Shown here in pieces: positions 11,901-18,889 of a stretch of 64,000 nucleotides of DNA. The position numbers were made by a program, and so were the translations under genes. Below the pieces are notes generated by a model. It saw nothing but the letters and a program-made list of their open reading frames with translations, did not search any database and was not told the origin of the DNA. Source of the DNA: a virus (lineage: Duplodnaviria > Caudoviricetes). The DNA lies in the IMG/VR virus record IMGVR_UViG_3300032167_000006; one strand, 5' to 3'. Each line of letters opens with the position of its first letter. The first letter of the stretch is position 1.

Positions 11901-14313
11901 CCTTGGTAAAATAAAGAATTTTTTTAAAGGAATTATATCTAAAATTAAAGGTATATTTGGCAAAGGTACTGGAAGTTATAAGTATGGCAGAGGCGGTTAT
12001 TCTAAACAAATAGATCCTTCCATCTCAAATGTAAGATTTAATAGTTCTGCAGATTCAGATTATCAAACTATTGGTGATTCTGGATGTGGTCCAGCTGCCG
12101 CTGTAAATGTGATGGAATCTATGTATGGTAGAGGAAATCCTGTTACTTCTGCTGCTAAATTTGCTCTTAGAGGTGGATACAAAGAAATTAATGGCGGTAC
12201 TGAACCTGGATTCTTTGGTGATTATTTTGCTGCTAATGGATATAATTCTCATACTTCATATAATAAGAATCAAATTGAGAGAAACATTAGAAAAGGAATG
12301 CCTACTGTTATTATGGGTAGAGATCCTGGTGGAGTTTCTTCATCATCTCCATTCGGAAGCAATCCTCATTATGTAACTGTAACTGGTGTTGATAACAAAG
12401 GATATGCTATTGTGCAAGATCCAGAATCTAAGTATGATAATCAACGTTATCCTTTAAAAAATCTTATGAATAAGACTTCTCTTGGAGTATCAGCATATGG
12501 ACGTAGTGCATGGGGTAGAGCAACTGATAATCTTTTTAATGATACAACAGACAAAGTTTGGTGGTATCTTAAAAATGAAATGGGATTAAGTGATGCAGGT
12601 GCTGCAGCCGTATTAGGTAATTTTAATCAGGAATCTAATGTTAATCCAATATTACTAGAATCTGGTAAATATAAAAATAATAATAAATATACCAATGAAT
12701 CATATACTGCATTAGTTGATGATGGTTCAATTACTAGAAATCAGTTTATTAATGTACCAAGTTATAGAAATAAGGTAGGATATGGACTTGCTCAATGGAC
12801 TTATTATACTAGAAGACAGGGATTATACGATCATGCTGTAGGCACAAATAAAGCATCTATTGGCGATCTTACATCTCAGCTTCAATATTTTAATAAAGAA
12901 ATAAGCGGTTATCCAAAATTATTAGAATCATTAAAAACTGATGGGGACGTAGGCGCTTTAACAGAATCAATTTCTAATGAGTATCTTAAACCAGGCACAC
13001 CAATGCTTGAAAATCGTAAGAGATTTGCAAATCAGTATTACGATAAGTATATGTGGTCAGAAGGAACAGCTATTGATAGTAATACATCATCTACTTCTAC
13101 AACAAGCACTGATAAAAAATCCGATACGGCATCTAATGGCGAAGAAACCAGTTCAAATAGTATATTTGATTATCTTTCAAATGAACTTTCTGCATTAGGA
13201 CCTATTAAAAATGCTAATGCTCTTAGTGAAGCTATAAATGGGTTATCAGATCTAACCAATTTTATTAAAGGATTTAATATGACTGGCACTAATATCACAG
13301 ACTCTAATAGCACAACAACTGATACTAGTGGTAATACTACTTCAACTACTGGATATTCCAAGTATGTAGAAAATATCACTAAATATGCTAAAGAAGAGTT
13401 AGATCTTGGTGTACAGGAAGATCCTATGGGTACTAATAAAATTAAATATAATGATTGGTACTATGGTGGAGCAGATAAATATGGTGATGAAGCTGCGTGG
13501 TGTGGTGCATTTGTATCATGGATTGCAAATAAAGCCGGCGTTCCAACTAGTATTATACCAAAATATATTAATTGTAATGATGGATTAAATAAGTTAAAAA
13601 CTAATGGAGCTACAATTATAACTGATCCGAAGAAGTCTCAGCCTGGAGATATTTTCTTTATAGACTATGCCGATGAAAATGGTAAAAGAAATGGAACTCC
13701 TAATCACACTGGTATTGTATATAAAAACAATTCCGATGGTACTCCTGTAACTATTGAAGGTAACTACGATAATAAAGTTGCATTAGTATCTCGTAGTTCA
13801 AACACTACAGATTATGCTGGTATTACATTAGCTCGTCCTAAATATGGTCAAGGTGGCGGTTCTAAACCTTTATCTAAGTATGGTCAATTTAAGGATTCTA
13901 TGTATGGAACTGGTTCTAATTGTGCTGGTGTTAAATGCATAAGTTCTAATGGTTATAATAACCTTAGAAGCAAGCCTGCTGGTAATCCCGCATATACTAA
14001 TTCAGGCACAGGTACTATTGTATATGGAATGGGTAATAACCATGATTATAGTAATTTAATTAATGCTATAATAAATATTTTAATGACTATAGCTGACAAT
14101 ACAGATAAGCTTAATACAATTGTGACAATATTGAATACTAAGCTCAATCTCAATATTAATGCTAATGATGTAAGTAACGCCACATCAAATAAACAATCAT
14201 TAAAATCTAAACTTGCTAATGCTTTAAATGGTATTAATCAAGCACAGCATAGTACCGAAGATAATTCTATTAGTTCAATTATCACTGCAATGAATGCTAT
14301 TGCATCTGAATAA
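2953..14313 (+). CDS. Tail tape measure protein with C-terminal C39-like peptidase, phage tail lysozyme (lysozyme2-type) and CHAP domains (3786 aa)
   Basis: Very long helical K/A/G-rich protein with Gly-rich hydrophobic segments. C39-like motif GDSGCGPAA...PHYVTVTG...VQDP (~12000-12490). Tail lysozyme GAAAVLGNFNQES...GYGLAQWT (~12540-13060). CHAP AAWCGAFVSW...PGDIF...NHTGIV...TIEGN (~13370-13840). Confidence 0.85.
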   Translation: MAVNYLKNVMKSVAYAASDTFDNLTPALKEFKETNRDFTTATYATLKNPKAFVKRQVKAVQESKLYQAIEYGARNIVEDLRTGNFYNREREERDEAKLGGLDADSWDDLSEFGISDNWEKDVNSSNEGITAGDKAVVKSIEKSNQAVANTTVNAIIATSDREVATSKANAGMAYIQNERLFGGLHKDMTILGNTMHQMYNLQAASLQNIDKNLSDYFTQESKLNVERNKILAEMLELQRNMYKSADEKTKANQKPSTKLRWGDINTNGIIDINKYFEVVKKNINNELAAHMPAGFGGDDGNMLAAMMTSPLKFAVQYVVDGIIPATVKQASTELNNTISGVFGTILNRLNNAKGKNGIAGFLAKFLGVNLGVNANIDTSKYEKGPVPFDGLTRKAIIDVIPAHLRRIEAAITGRPEEVFDYQNGKWVTMDSIKKQYKNIKTNAEKSSTADIIDEMSSGIKSERASIGKADGSRGEKDFDKAIEEFRQYLYLVGGDFNPRASASKNGINASNFPMLNKYYDRIVSVFKNTKISTRMQIANRVNDARESANRIYRGAETDPTNIYQTYFSSPTADTHGKWKDDGKTFEAYNLLNKEDKRGNSVYDYLYNINRALITIGSNGGGFGTASGVKNSSISAELFKDFEPKNNLNKKSNDEWKQRQAADAKAMESAKKLIEKGIAVDGLLYEQDPERYLEIVGNLYEAQFTDRQIIELQNISSESALSRFMNKKVYKINPKTAKELEEATKKAEKESEKGTLETEKNKSFLKKVSEKIVGEKSILGGIASASAESFTNILTTANRAIYDMMFKYEMDADGDGNKKHYNGFVEALVGKATDSFKAIGERFKKDIIDPFKEKFGIGDDFKDRFKNSLTDKGAKLWKTFKDSNKSVYGPILDQMKVELGMKQGETKAQQHRANNRKSINSKIYKVNNAENIYDNEFYEILKDYGLNPIDFADNPAKAKEAILPILYADLLKNTNGLRETNRDKNTIDNAFKGMASNPEEMKKFADSIGFSIKGKTTDEQIDSLKRRFTKIIDNGEGERRKRESVLGIKGEEGISARQKFAEELEFTGSIEEKQKQLVALAKYYGVPIKDISKYDNDDALNKSYIRIIEKNNARGTMGSPLAPGSVSYVNNHEFALTPSGMHRLPTGKVRFSEPTHIINSEQSHALGLISGPKRTNAQGYALEKAAARANGDTIASHADGTNMKVGKDGNMDAKEILSEAKKFIPEAASGGLIGGILSMVLGLAGGPLVGAALGAGGSILASSDTLKEKLFGKAGKDGKREGGIVSKTIMDKFHKYFPDMTKYGLAGLIPGLLTPLGPIGGIMAGAAFGYLKNNEKFTNKYFGEEGAFHIKSKDKKIIEQLMPGAAKGAAAGAIATLLLPTPFGFLGNAVIGAGLGMMASTNDFKDLILGKEVDGERMGGIVGAFKDAFKPFADSMKEAGSKLKDSFEANIIDPLGKLIKPAIHALPIALGSLPRLLSKAFDKFFGTRIGRTIETRVKALFSKPAKALGWVGKKAAGLGSGIMSLIGAPIRGAGDRLKAYNVRHGNLMDEDARDIVGWMDTQQEKKKLGKRTPLFKNRYKVSSTLRAVAGIGEEGGMDIETAESLMRNLERMNDTEATAQTRFNKEKKSINNLLTSYEYREGKKISDKAVKNILKAANKKDYDEISKILQKEGLSKEEFNTFMEKGGLKSAVSNVADAQFRLKNIKNITDKDAGKAAEEQLRALGIDPKDLKLNDKRSRAEAAQLIKNQLQLVNPDKVLDYETKLETENNENISTITEKVGSIDEAFKQMLDILRGKDDKVKTNQEKIESKLNKGINAADEKYTETQQKAEEKIAEVLGKGEVEQLSKEAKDNLTRTTKKRKRIKSYTKFGVNAANATADDFKNARKATFNLFKRIPQYVVRRITPEAHKVLSKYTEAKANRVSKALGSKYIKHMIKYGNYNIDPETLEVLSDTAYTRDLNTIGPVLVRAYESGYVEVYKRYPSIKAIATMRDKDIYEITKIIGHKKPIEDNIKTATINTVNAVKNSPKAVKDYTAKTVHNVSDKVRGYIDNMKANSGVEIVDADFVDDQETPSNAWGTVLATIGKTALKGVGAAAKGAVKLAGKGIKAVGKGIGSGVKSLFAGKDEMAAATSGGFLGNLFNKLKNHKSDDGGNLNETDRAGDGKDVVHVGGGDFIQVERGTDGSVQPDTQDSNTKTVLNKLSLKEKMNEKFQAAQMKVNELIHNTFDTSKEKGSKGGKLSWISLLLGGTILAKSGILKTLFNNIIKPVWTNHIQPWLKNTAVPWFTDFWTNKAVPALEKTAGYLIGELIKKLPDAIIQSFTALPRIIGGIFDAFTGNKTNSGGSNTIDANSISESNGGGNVKTGMTDENGNVLTTNDIANNNFGKIYNADGVEGTVNEDGTVTFKDTSFKGSSYVKTTANAAAHGYAKAMARGKTAKLTTTALNASKKLSKRKGLVTKAAGVTGQAIYKPTTMSESAGAATRSFLDKKVDDVALKILVDAENKGIKGKALDELTEQVLTKGDGSKTSKFVQKISGANENGLINKVKRGIEGAKSKVKSVADKAKNIFSKGAKESVEETVEKTVAKGAAQTAEAIVSTATKTGAKEATDQAGKAVTKAAAKVADGAVDAATKNKGLLAKLAARMKDAIAKLWDNSKVQKVLLKLAKALGKTKPAQFVKGLKESVEKIFKEALEKGIKKAGASVVKNVLGKVLWWVMLIADFLSGMDKAESILGVTETTIIEEVIAGLINALCNLLIVPAIFPGVPWIAKFLFKLFGQDLEERQKKAEEEAKKYNEENGTTLTTEEYLEQQYSVQGKAKKGIKDFWKKITGKSKNKKKNSDTSPPKSVVASNASGTLNISSAGDGIISVISDNLNNTYDTISDSTATMKDDKNLERVLQKSAEGKISILSKEYWEKGINNKDTSLSGTLKKSYGMLTKLTNFPILMLQNILSGMTDSIVEIGDTLSGDNSFSNNKSNNKSNNKSFLGKIKNFFKGIISKIKGIFGKGTGSYKYGRGGYSKQIDPSISNVRFNSSADSDYQTIGDSGCGPAAAVNVMESMYGRGNPVTSAAKFALRGGYKEINGGTEPGFFGDYFAANGYNSHTSYNKNQIERNIRKGMPTVIMGRDPGGVSSSSPFGSNPHYVTVTGVDNKGYAIVQDPESKYDNQRYPLKNLMNKTSLGVSAYGRSAWGRATDNLFNDTTDKVWWYLKNEMGLSDAGAAAVLGNFNQESNVNPILLESGKYKNNNKYTNESYTALVDDGSITRNQFINVPSYRNKVGYGLAQWTYYTRRQGLYDHAVGTNKASIGDLTSQLQYFNKEISGYPKLLESLKTDGDVGALTESISNEYLKPGTPMLENRKRFANQYYDKYMWSEGTAIDSNTSSTSTTSTDKKSDTASNGEETSSNSIFDYLSNELSALGPIKNANALSEAINGLSDLTNFIKGFNMTGTNITDSNSTTTDTSGNTTSTTGYSKYVENITKYAKEELDLGVQEDPMGTNKIKYNDWYYGGADKYGDEAAWCGAFVSWIANKAGVPTSIIPKYINCNDGLNKLKTNGATIITDPKKSQPGDIFFIDYADENGKRNGTPNHTGIVYKNNSDGTPVTIEGNYDNKVALVSRSSNTTDYAGITLARPKYGQGGGSKPLSKYGQFKDSMYGTGSNCAGVKCISSNGYNNLRSKPAGNPAYTNSGTGTIVYGMGNNHDYSNLINAIINILMTIADNTDKLNTIVTILNTKLNLNINANDVSNATSNKQSLKSKLANALNGINQAQHSTEDNSISSIITAMNAIASE

Positions 14314-14330
14314 TTTAAATTAAAAGTTGT

Positions 14331-14358
14331 TTAGGCAGGTCTTTTTAGACCTGCCTAA
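14331..14358 (+). terminator. Hairpin after tape measure gene, overlapping the next late promoter (AACA-ATTAAG-TA, 14357-14368)
   Basis: TTAGGCAGGTCT-TTTT-AGACCTGCCTAA 12-bp stem. Confidence 0.65.
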
Positions 14359-14395
14359 CAATTAAGTAAAATTATGATAAAGGTGGCGATTATAA

Positions 14396-16645
14396 ATGAG
14401 TTGGAGTATACTTGGTAGAAGTACTTTTTTTGAAGTTATATATGAAGATGGAATTCCAATTATATGGATAGATAAAAGTGGTACTCTTAGCACCGGTAAA
14501 TACGTACCTAAAGGTACAATATTAAAAATTGAAAAATTCGAATATGAACAAGTCAAACGTAAATATGGAAAGATAATAGAAGCATACGATACAAAATTTT
14601 CTAGAATTACAACATATGATGGTTATTTAATCCCTGCAGAAACTATTAGCGGCCTATATGCTGATTGGTTAGTTATGTCAGCTTTACGTGCATTAACTGA
14701 TAAAGAAATTAATGAAATCAATAAACAAATTACTAATAATAATAGCGGAAATACTGGTAGTGGCGATAGTACCGGTAATACTGAACCAACTCCAACTTTA
14801 AAAAGATGGAACGATGATTTAATAAAAATAAAAGAATTTACTATAGTATCGCCAACTAAACTTTATTCTGCAAATAATGGTGCTCTTTCTAGCAGCCATA
14901 AAGTTACCATACCAAGTAGTCCTAGTGTAACTGTGACTGTAGAGTATGATGAAAAACTTGATGCTATGAAAATTACAGGCCCAAATACAGATAATGTAAA
15001 AAAATATCTAGGTTATTATATAAAGGATCCTGCTACAGTAGTTAAACCGACTCAAGCAACAGCTCAGACAACTACTGAAGCAAGACAAGAACAAATTAAA
15101 ATACAAGCAGAAGCTGCAAAAGAAACAACAAAAGAAGAGAATGTAGTAACTGAAGAAATTGAAACTGATGAATCTTTTAATTCTTTCACTACTGAACTAA
15201 TTAGCGCTAACGAATATGAAAAACAATTAAGTGAAGGTCTTGACATTAAAGATCTTAGAGGTATAATGGGCTTACCACACCAGTTTTTACCAGTGGCAGA
15301 TCCAAGAATAACATCTTCTGCAGAAGGATCAAGTATTGGGGAAACTAATAAGTTTGGAAGGGTGTATTCTGAAAAGGTACTTAAACATATACCATTATTA
15401 CTTATGACTCCAGGTGTTCCTAAATTTATGTCTCAATATAATAAAAAATCACGAGAGTCAATGTTAAGTGCAATTTTTAATAACGACGGTCTTGATAATT
15501 ATGCTCCATTAAAGAAAAAATTTGGATTAGATGGAATTTTTGGTGAAAAAATGGGTAAATTTTATTCTTTAATGTTTGCATATACTGAATATTATTACTA
15601 CGTAAATGCTATGCTTAGAGCCGCTGCAGTTTTCTTAGGAATAAGCGGAAAAACAATAGATGGTAAAAAAATAGCAGCCTTAAACTGGGAAGATCAAACT
15701 GGCACTATGAGTAATGATGTACTTTATGATAATAAGTTTAGTAAGTTTTTAAAACCATACGCTAATGCTGTAGCATTTTATGTTGATGCTGGGACAACAG
15801 TAGATGATTCTTTTAGCAATGGTACAACAGAATCTAGCCTTGTTGCTGGTACAGTTAATGGATTAAGTGATAGTGCTAGAGAGTATAACTTCCTTTTAGG
15901 TTCTGTTGGTAGTAGTATTGGATTTCAATATGATGCGCTACAACAACAAGAAGCCACTAATAAAATAAATGATGTTATAACTAATATAGATAAAGCCTTA
16001 GGAAAGACTGGTATATTTAGTCGTATTTTAGGCAATGGTACAGCTATACTTGCAGGTGGTAGAATCATATTCCCTGAGATATGGTCTGATTCATCATTCT
16101 CAAGATCTTATTCTTGTTCTATGAAATTAGTATCACCTAGCGGAGATAAACTCAGTGTATTTTGGAATATATTAGTTCCGATATATCATCTTCTTGCATT
16201 TACATTACCAAGAGAAGCTACTGATCAGGCATACTTTTCACCATTCTTAGTAAGAGCCTATTATAAAGGATTATTTAATGTAGATATGGGAATTGTAACA
16301 TCTTTAAATATAACTAAGGGTGAAGAAGGAGAATGGACTCCTGATGGTATACCAACTGTAGCGAATATAAGTTTTGAAATAAAAGATCTTTATAATGGTA
16401 TATATATGAGTAAGCAAAATAAAACAGGTGATGCTAGAGGTATATTGACTAATACAGCAGAATTAGATTATATAGCAAACTCATGTGGTATTAATATAAA
16501 TGATCAAGAAATTGGTAGAATGATTAAATTAGGTGCTATTTATTTTGGTACTACTATAACAGATGCTATTTCATTAGGAATATTCACAAGAGTTGGTCAG
16601 TTCTTTAATCAAAAAATGAATAATATATTTGGTCGTTTTAAATAA
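14396..16645 (+). CDS. Virion structural protein, probable baseplate/tail-tube-initiator type C-terminal domain (749 aa)
   Basis: Follows the TMP gene. C-terminal FPEIWSDSSFSRSYS...SPFLVRAY...MGIVTSLNITKG...DGIPT..ISFEIKDLY resembles tube-fold baseplate proteins of jumbo myophages. Confidence 0.6.
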   Translation: MSWSILGRSTFFEVIYEDGIPIIWIDKSGTLSTGKYVPKGTILKIEKFEYEQVKRKYGKIIEAYDTKFSRITTYDGYLIPAETISGLYADWLVMSALRALTDKEINEINKQITNNNSGNTGSGDSTGNTEPTPTLKRWNDDLIKIKEFTIVSPTKLYSANNGALSSSHKVTIPSSPSVTVTVEYDEKLDAMKITGPNTDNVKKYLGYYIKDPATVVKPTQATAQTTTEARQEQIKIQAEAAKETTKEENVVTEEIETDESFNSFTTELISANEYEKQLSEGLDIKDLRGIMGLPHQFLPVADPRITSSAEGSSIGETNKFGRVYSEKVLKHIPLLLMTPGVPKFMSQYNKKSRESMLSAIFNNDGLDNYAPLKKKFGLDGIFGEKMGKFYSLMFAYTEYYYYVNAMLRAAAVFLGISGKTIDGKKIAALNWEDQTGTMSNDVLYDNKFSKFLKPYANAVAFYVDAGTTVDDSFSNGTTESSLVAGTVNGLSDSAREYNFLLGSVGSSIGFQYDALQQQEATNKINDVITNIDKALGKTGIFSRILGNGTAILAGGRIIFPEIWSDSSFSRSYSCSMKLVSPSGDKLSVFWNILVPIYHLLAFTLPREATDQAYFSPFLVRAYYKGLFNVDMGIVTSLNITKGEEGEWTPDGIPTVANISFEIKDLYNGIYMSKQNKTGDARGILTNTAELDYIANSCGININDQEIGRMIKLGAIYFGTTITDAISLGIFTRVGQFFNQKMNNIFGRFK

Positions 16646-16651
16646 ATATTA

Positions 16652-16691
16652 TATATATTACATATGAGTAAGTAGCGAAAGCTACTTACTC
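16652..16691 (+). promoter_or_regulatory. Early-type promoter motif (TATATATTAC) followed by GAAA-tetraloop hairpin
   Basis: TATATATTAC at 16652-16661; GAGTAAGTAGC-GAAA-GCTACTTACTC at 16666-16691 (could also terminate the 749-aa gene). Confidence 0.5.
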
Positions 16692-16712
16692 TTGTATTGT
16701 TGAGGTTTACTT

Positions 16713-17423
16713 ATGAAGAACAAAAAACAAAAATTATTAGAATATGATTCTAAATATGGACATATTCCAAAAGATTATGAACAAAGATTAGAGTATTTAT
16801 ACCATACACTTAATATTGATGATAATAAATCAGATGAAATTATTCAAGCCAGAAATAATTTTATTTGTTCTACTTATTATCAAACAATTAGACTTGTTAT
16901 ATATGAGATACCTGAATATACCCCGAGACCAAGAGCCAGGTTAATACATCGTGCTGGTATTATAAATGCTGTTACTGGAGGTCATGATTTTATTCAAGTT
17001 TATTCAATTACAGGTAGACAGAATCGTGAATTTATGAAAATGTATACTAAAGAGAATTTACAAGAATTAGAACAGCTTCTTTGTACACCATGTGATATCG
17101 AATATAAAACATATTTTCCTACACCATCTTATTATAATAAAACACAAATATTTTTAGCAGAAATTGGTCTCGATAGACCAATTATTAAACCAGATTTTGA
17201 TAATATTGAGAAATCATACAGTGACGCATTCACTGGTAATATTTGGATTGACGATATAATTGTAGTTGATGCTACAATTAGAAAATACTATTCTGTATTA
17301 CCAAGAGTTGAAATTGATTTGAAATTTGCAAATCAATTATGTAATCATCACCAGTATAAAGCAATGATAAAGAGGAAGGATTTTACCGATGAAATGAAAG
17401 TAAATTATTTCGGAGGTAAATAG
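16713..17423 (+). CDS. rusA: RusA-like Holliday junction resolvase
   Basis: RPRAR N-terminal motif and KPDFDNIEKSYSDAFTGNIWIDDIIVV...KYYS..PRVEI, the RusA catalytic Asp/Lys signature. Confidence 0.8.
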   Translation: MKNKKQKLLEYDSKYGHIPKDYEQRLEYLYHTLNIDDNKSDEIIQARNNFICSTYYQTIRLVIYEIPEYTPRPRARLIHRAGIINAVTGGHDFIQVYSITGRQNREFMKMYTKENLQELEQLLCTPCDIEYKTYFPTPSYYNKTQIFLAEIGLDRPIIKPDFDNIEKSYSDAFTGNIWIDDIIVVDATIRKYYSVLPRVEIDLKFANQLCNHHQYKAMIKRKDFTDEMKVNYFGGK

Positions 17424-17702
17424 ATGAGTAAACTTAAAGAAGCTTATGATATTAGAAAAGAATTAATTTCTAAAGATATCACTAAGCTTGGTAATATTCT
17501 TAAGAAAAATAATAATATAGAAACTATTAATATTAATCCTGACAATACAATATATTTAGAATCTGAATGCGGTATAGATTCTATAAAAAATACTTTAGAT
17601 TTAAGTGTGCAAAAATTGGTGAATAGGAAAATTAATGCTCCTATAAATATGGTATATAATACATTACCTTTAACTAATAATACTTGTATTATTAGATTTT
17701 AA
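17424..17702 (+). CDS. Hypothetical protein (92 aa)
   Basis: GGAGG RBS, abuts the rusA stop. Confidence 0.7.
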   Translation: MSKLKEAYDIRKELISKDITKLGNILKKNNNIETININPDNTIYLESECGIDSIKNTLDLSVQKLVNRKINAPINMVYNTLPLTNNTCIIRF

Positions 17703-17726
17703 AAGTTATTAAAAACAAAAAGTATG

Positions 17727-17750
17727 CCCGTAGGGAGTAATCCCTACGGG
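17727..17750. terminator. Bidirectional terminator hairpin between convergent genes
   Basis: CCCGTAGGGA-GTAA-TCCCTACGGG, A-tract before and T-tract after. Confidence 0.75.
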
Positions 17751-17865
17751 TCTTTTCACGTTATTAATGTGTGTATATTTAGTTGTCGTACGTCTGGGTT
17801 TTGTAATATTAAATTGTAATTTTTGATAATGTATATTATATATAGTTAATAACGTGAACTATCTT

Positions 17866-18846
17866 TTAGAGATTGGTAAGATACTCATCTATGAATTCTT
17901 CATTTACATTAGCCATGTTAGTTGTATTTACCATCTCAAGCATAGTATATATTAATTGCGCAGAATTAACTATTCCATCCATATCTACTGCGCCTTCATG
18001 CATAAAATGAGACTTGAGAGCCTCATCTTTAAACACTGATGTTGTAAGAGCTTCAACCATATATCCAAATACAGAATTATCTCTAGTTGCTTTCTTCTCA
18101 TTAATTTTACGTTTAGCTAAACTTAAATAAGATTCAGCTACTACATCATCACTACCATCAATAGCATGAACTTTATCCTGTGCGTGCTTAATAATTTCTT
18201 CATATTCAATCTTATTAGCAGTATTAGTATCAATGAAATTAGTAATAGCATCAGCAACTCTATCTTTAATAGCTTTAGCAGCATCAGCAGCATCAACATC
18301 TTCGAGCTCTTTATAAAAATCATCAACAGTATTCTGATCTAATGTTTCTCCACCTATTTGGCCCCAGTTTTCAACACTGTCGTCACAGCAATCAAAACCT
18401 TCAAGAACTCTATCATAATATTTCTTAGTAATTCTGCTAAACTCAGAGAGAATTAAATTCTTTGTAGCAAATGAATTAATAAGATTTCCAGCACCATTCT
18501 CAACAACAAATTTATTTACAAGGTTACGAGAAACTACTTTATCTCTTGAAGTCATTGGGAATCCTACTGATTCTTTATAAAGTTTATAAATACATTCTGC
18601 CATGAATGCTTCTTTAATTTTAGTCAATCTTTCAGATCTTGTTATAGATGAATTAATACGAGCTTCATTATATTCTTTTTGCTGCTCAAAATAAGCTTCA
18701 CGCTCACGCTGTTCAGCAGTCTGTTCAGCAATAATTTTATCTTGTTCAGATGCAAGTAAATCAGCTTGCTGCTCACGATACATACGATCAAGTTGAGAAG
18801 CACTAAGAAGCATATTATCTGTAGCTTTATTCATATTATAAATCAT
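17866..18846 (-). CDS. Probable virion/head structural protein (326 aa)
   Basis: AAGGAGG RBS, AACA-TTTAAA-TA late motif at 18871-18882, helical acidic protein with several hydrophobic-x-E-[SAG] sites. Confidence 0.6.
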   Translation of the reverse strand: MIYNMNKATDNMLLSASQLDRMYREQQADLLASEQDKIIAEQTAEQREREAYFEQQKEYNEARINSSITRSERLTKIKEAFMAECIYKLYKESVGFPMTSRDKVVSRNLVNKFVVENGAGNLINSFATKNLILSEFSRITKKYYDRVLEGFDCCDDSVENWGQIGGETLDQNTVDDFYKELEDVDAADAAKAIKDRVADAITNFIDTNTANKIEYEEIIKHAQDKVHAIDGSDDVVAESYLSLAKRKINEKKATRDNSVFGYMVEALTTSVFKDEALKSHFMHEGAVDMDGIVNSAQLIYTMLEMVNTTNMANVNEEFIDEYLTNL

Positions 18847-18889
18847 TAGTTCGTACCTCCTTTATAGTCTTATTTAAATGTTTTGATAT

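Noticed and set aside
3107-15246. Many 60-145-aa ORFs antisense to or out of frame within the tape measure and 749-aa genes (and similar shadow ORFs elsewhere, e.g. 31219-31845, 41605-42018, 47474-47815)
   Set aside because: Fully overlap long genes with clear motifs, lack RBSs and have the S/L/F/I-rich composition expected from the opposite strand of AT-rich coding DNA
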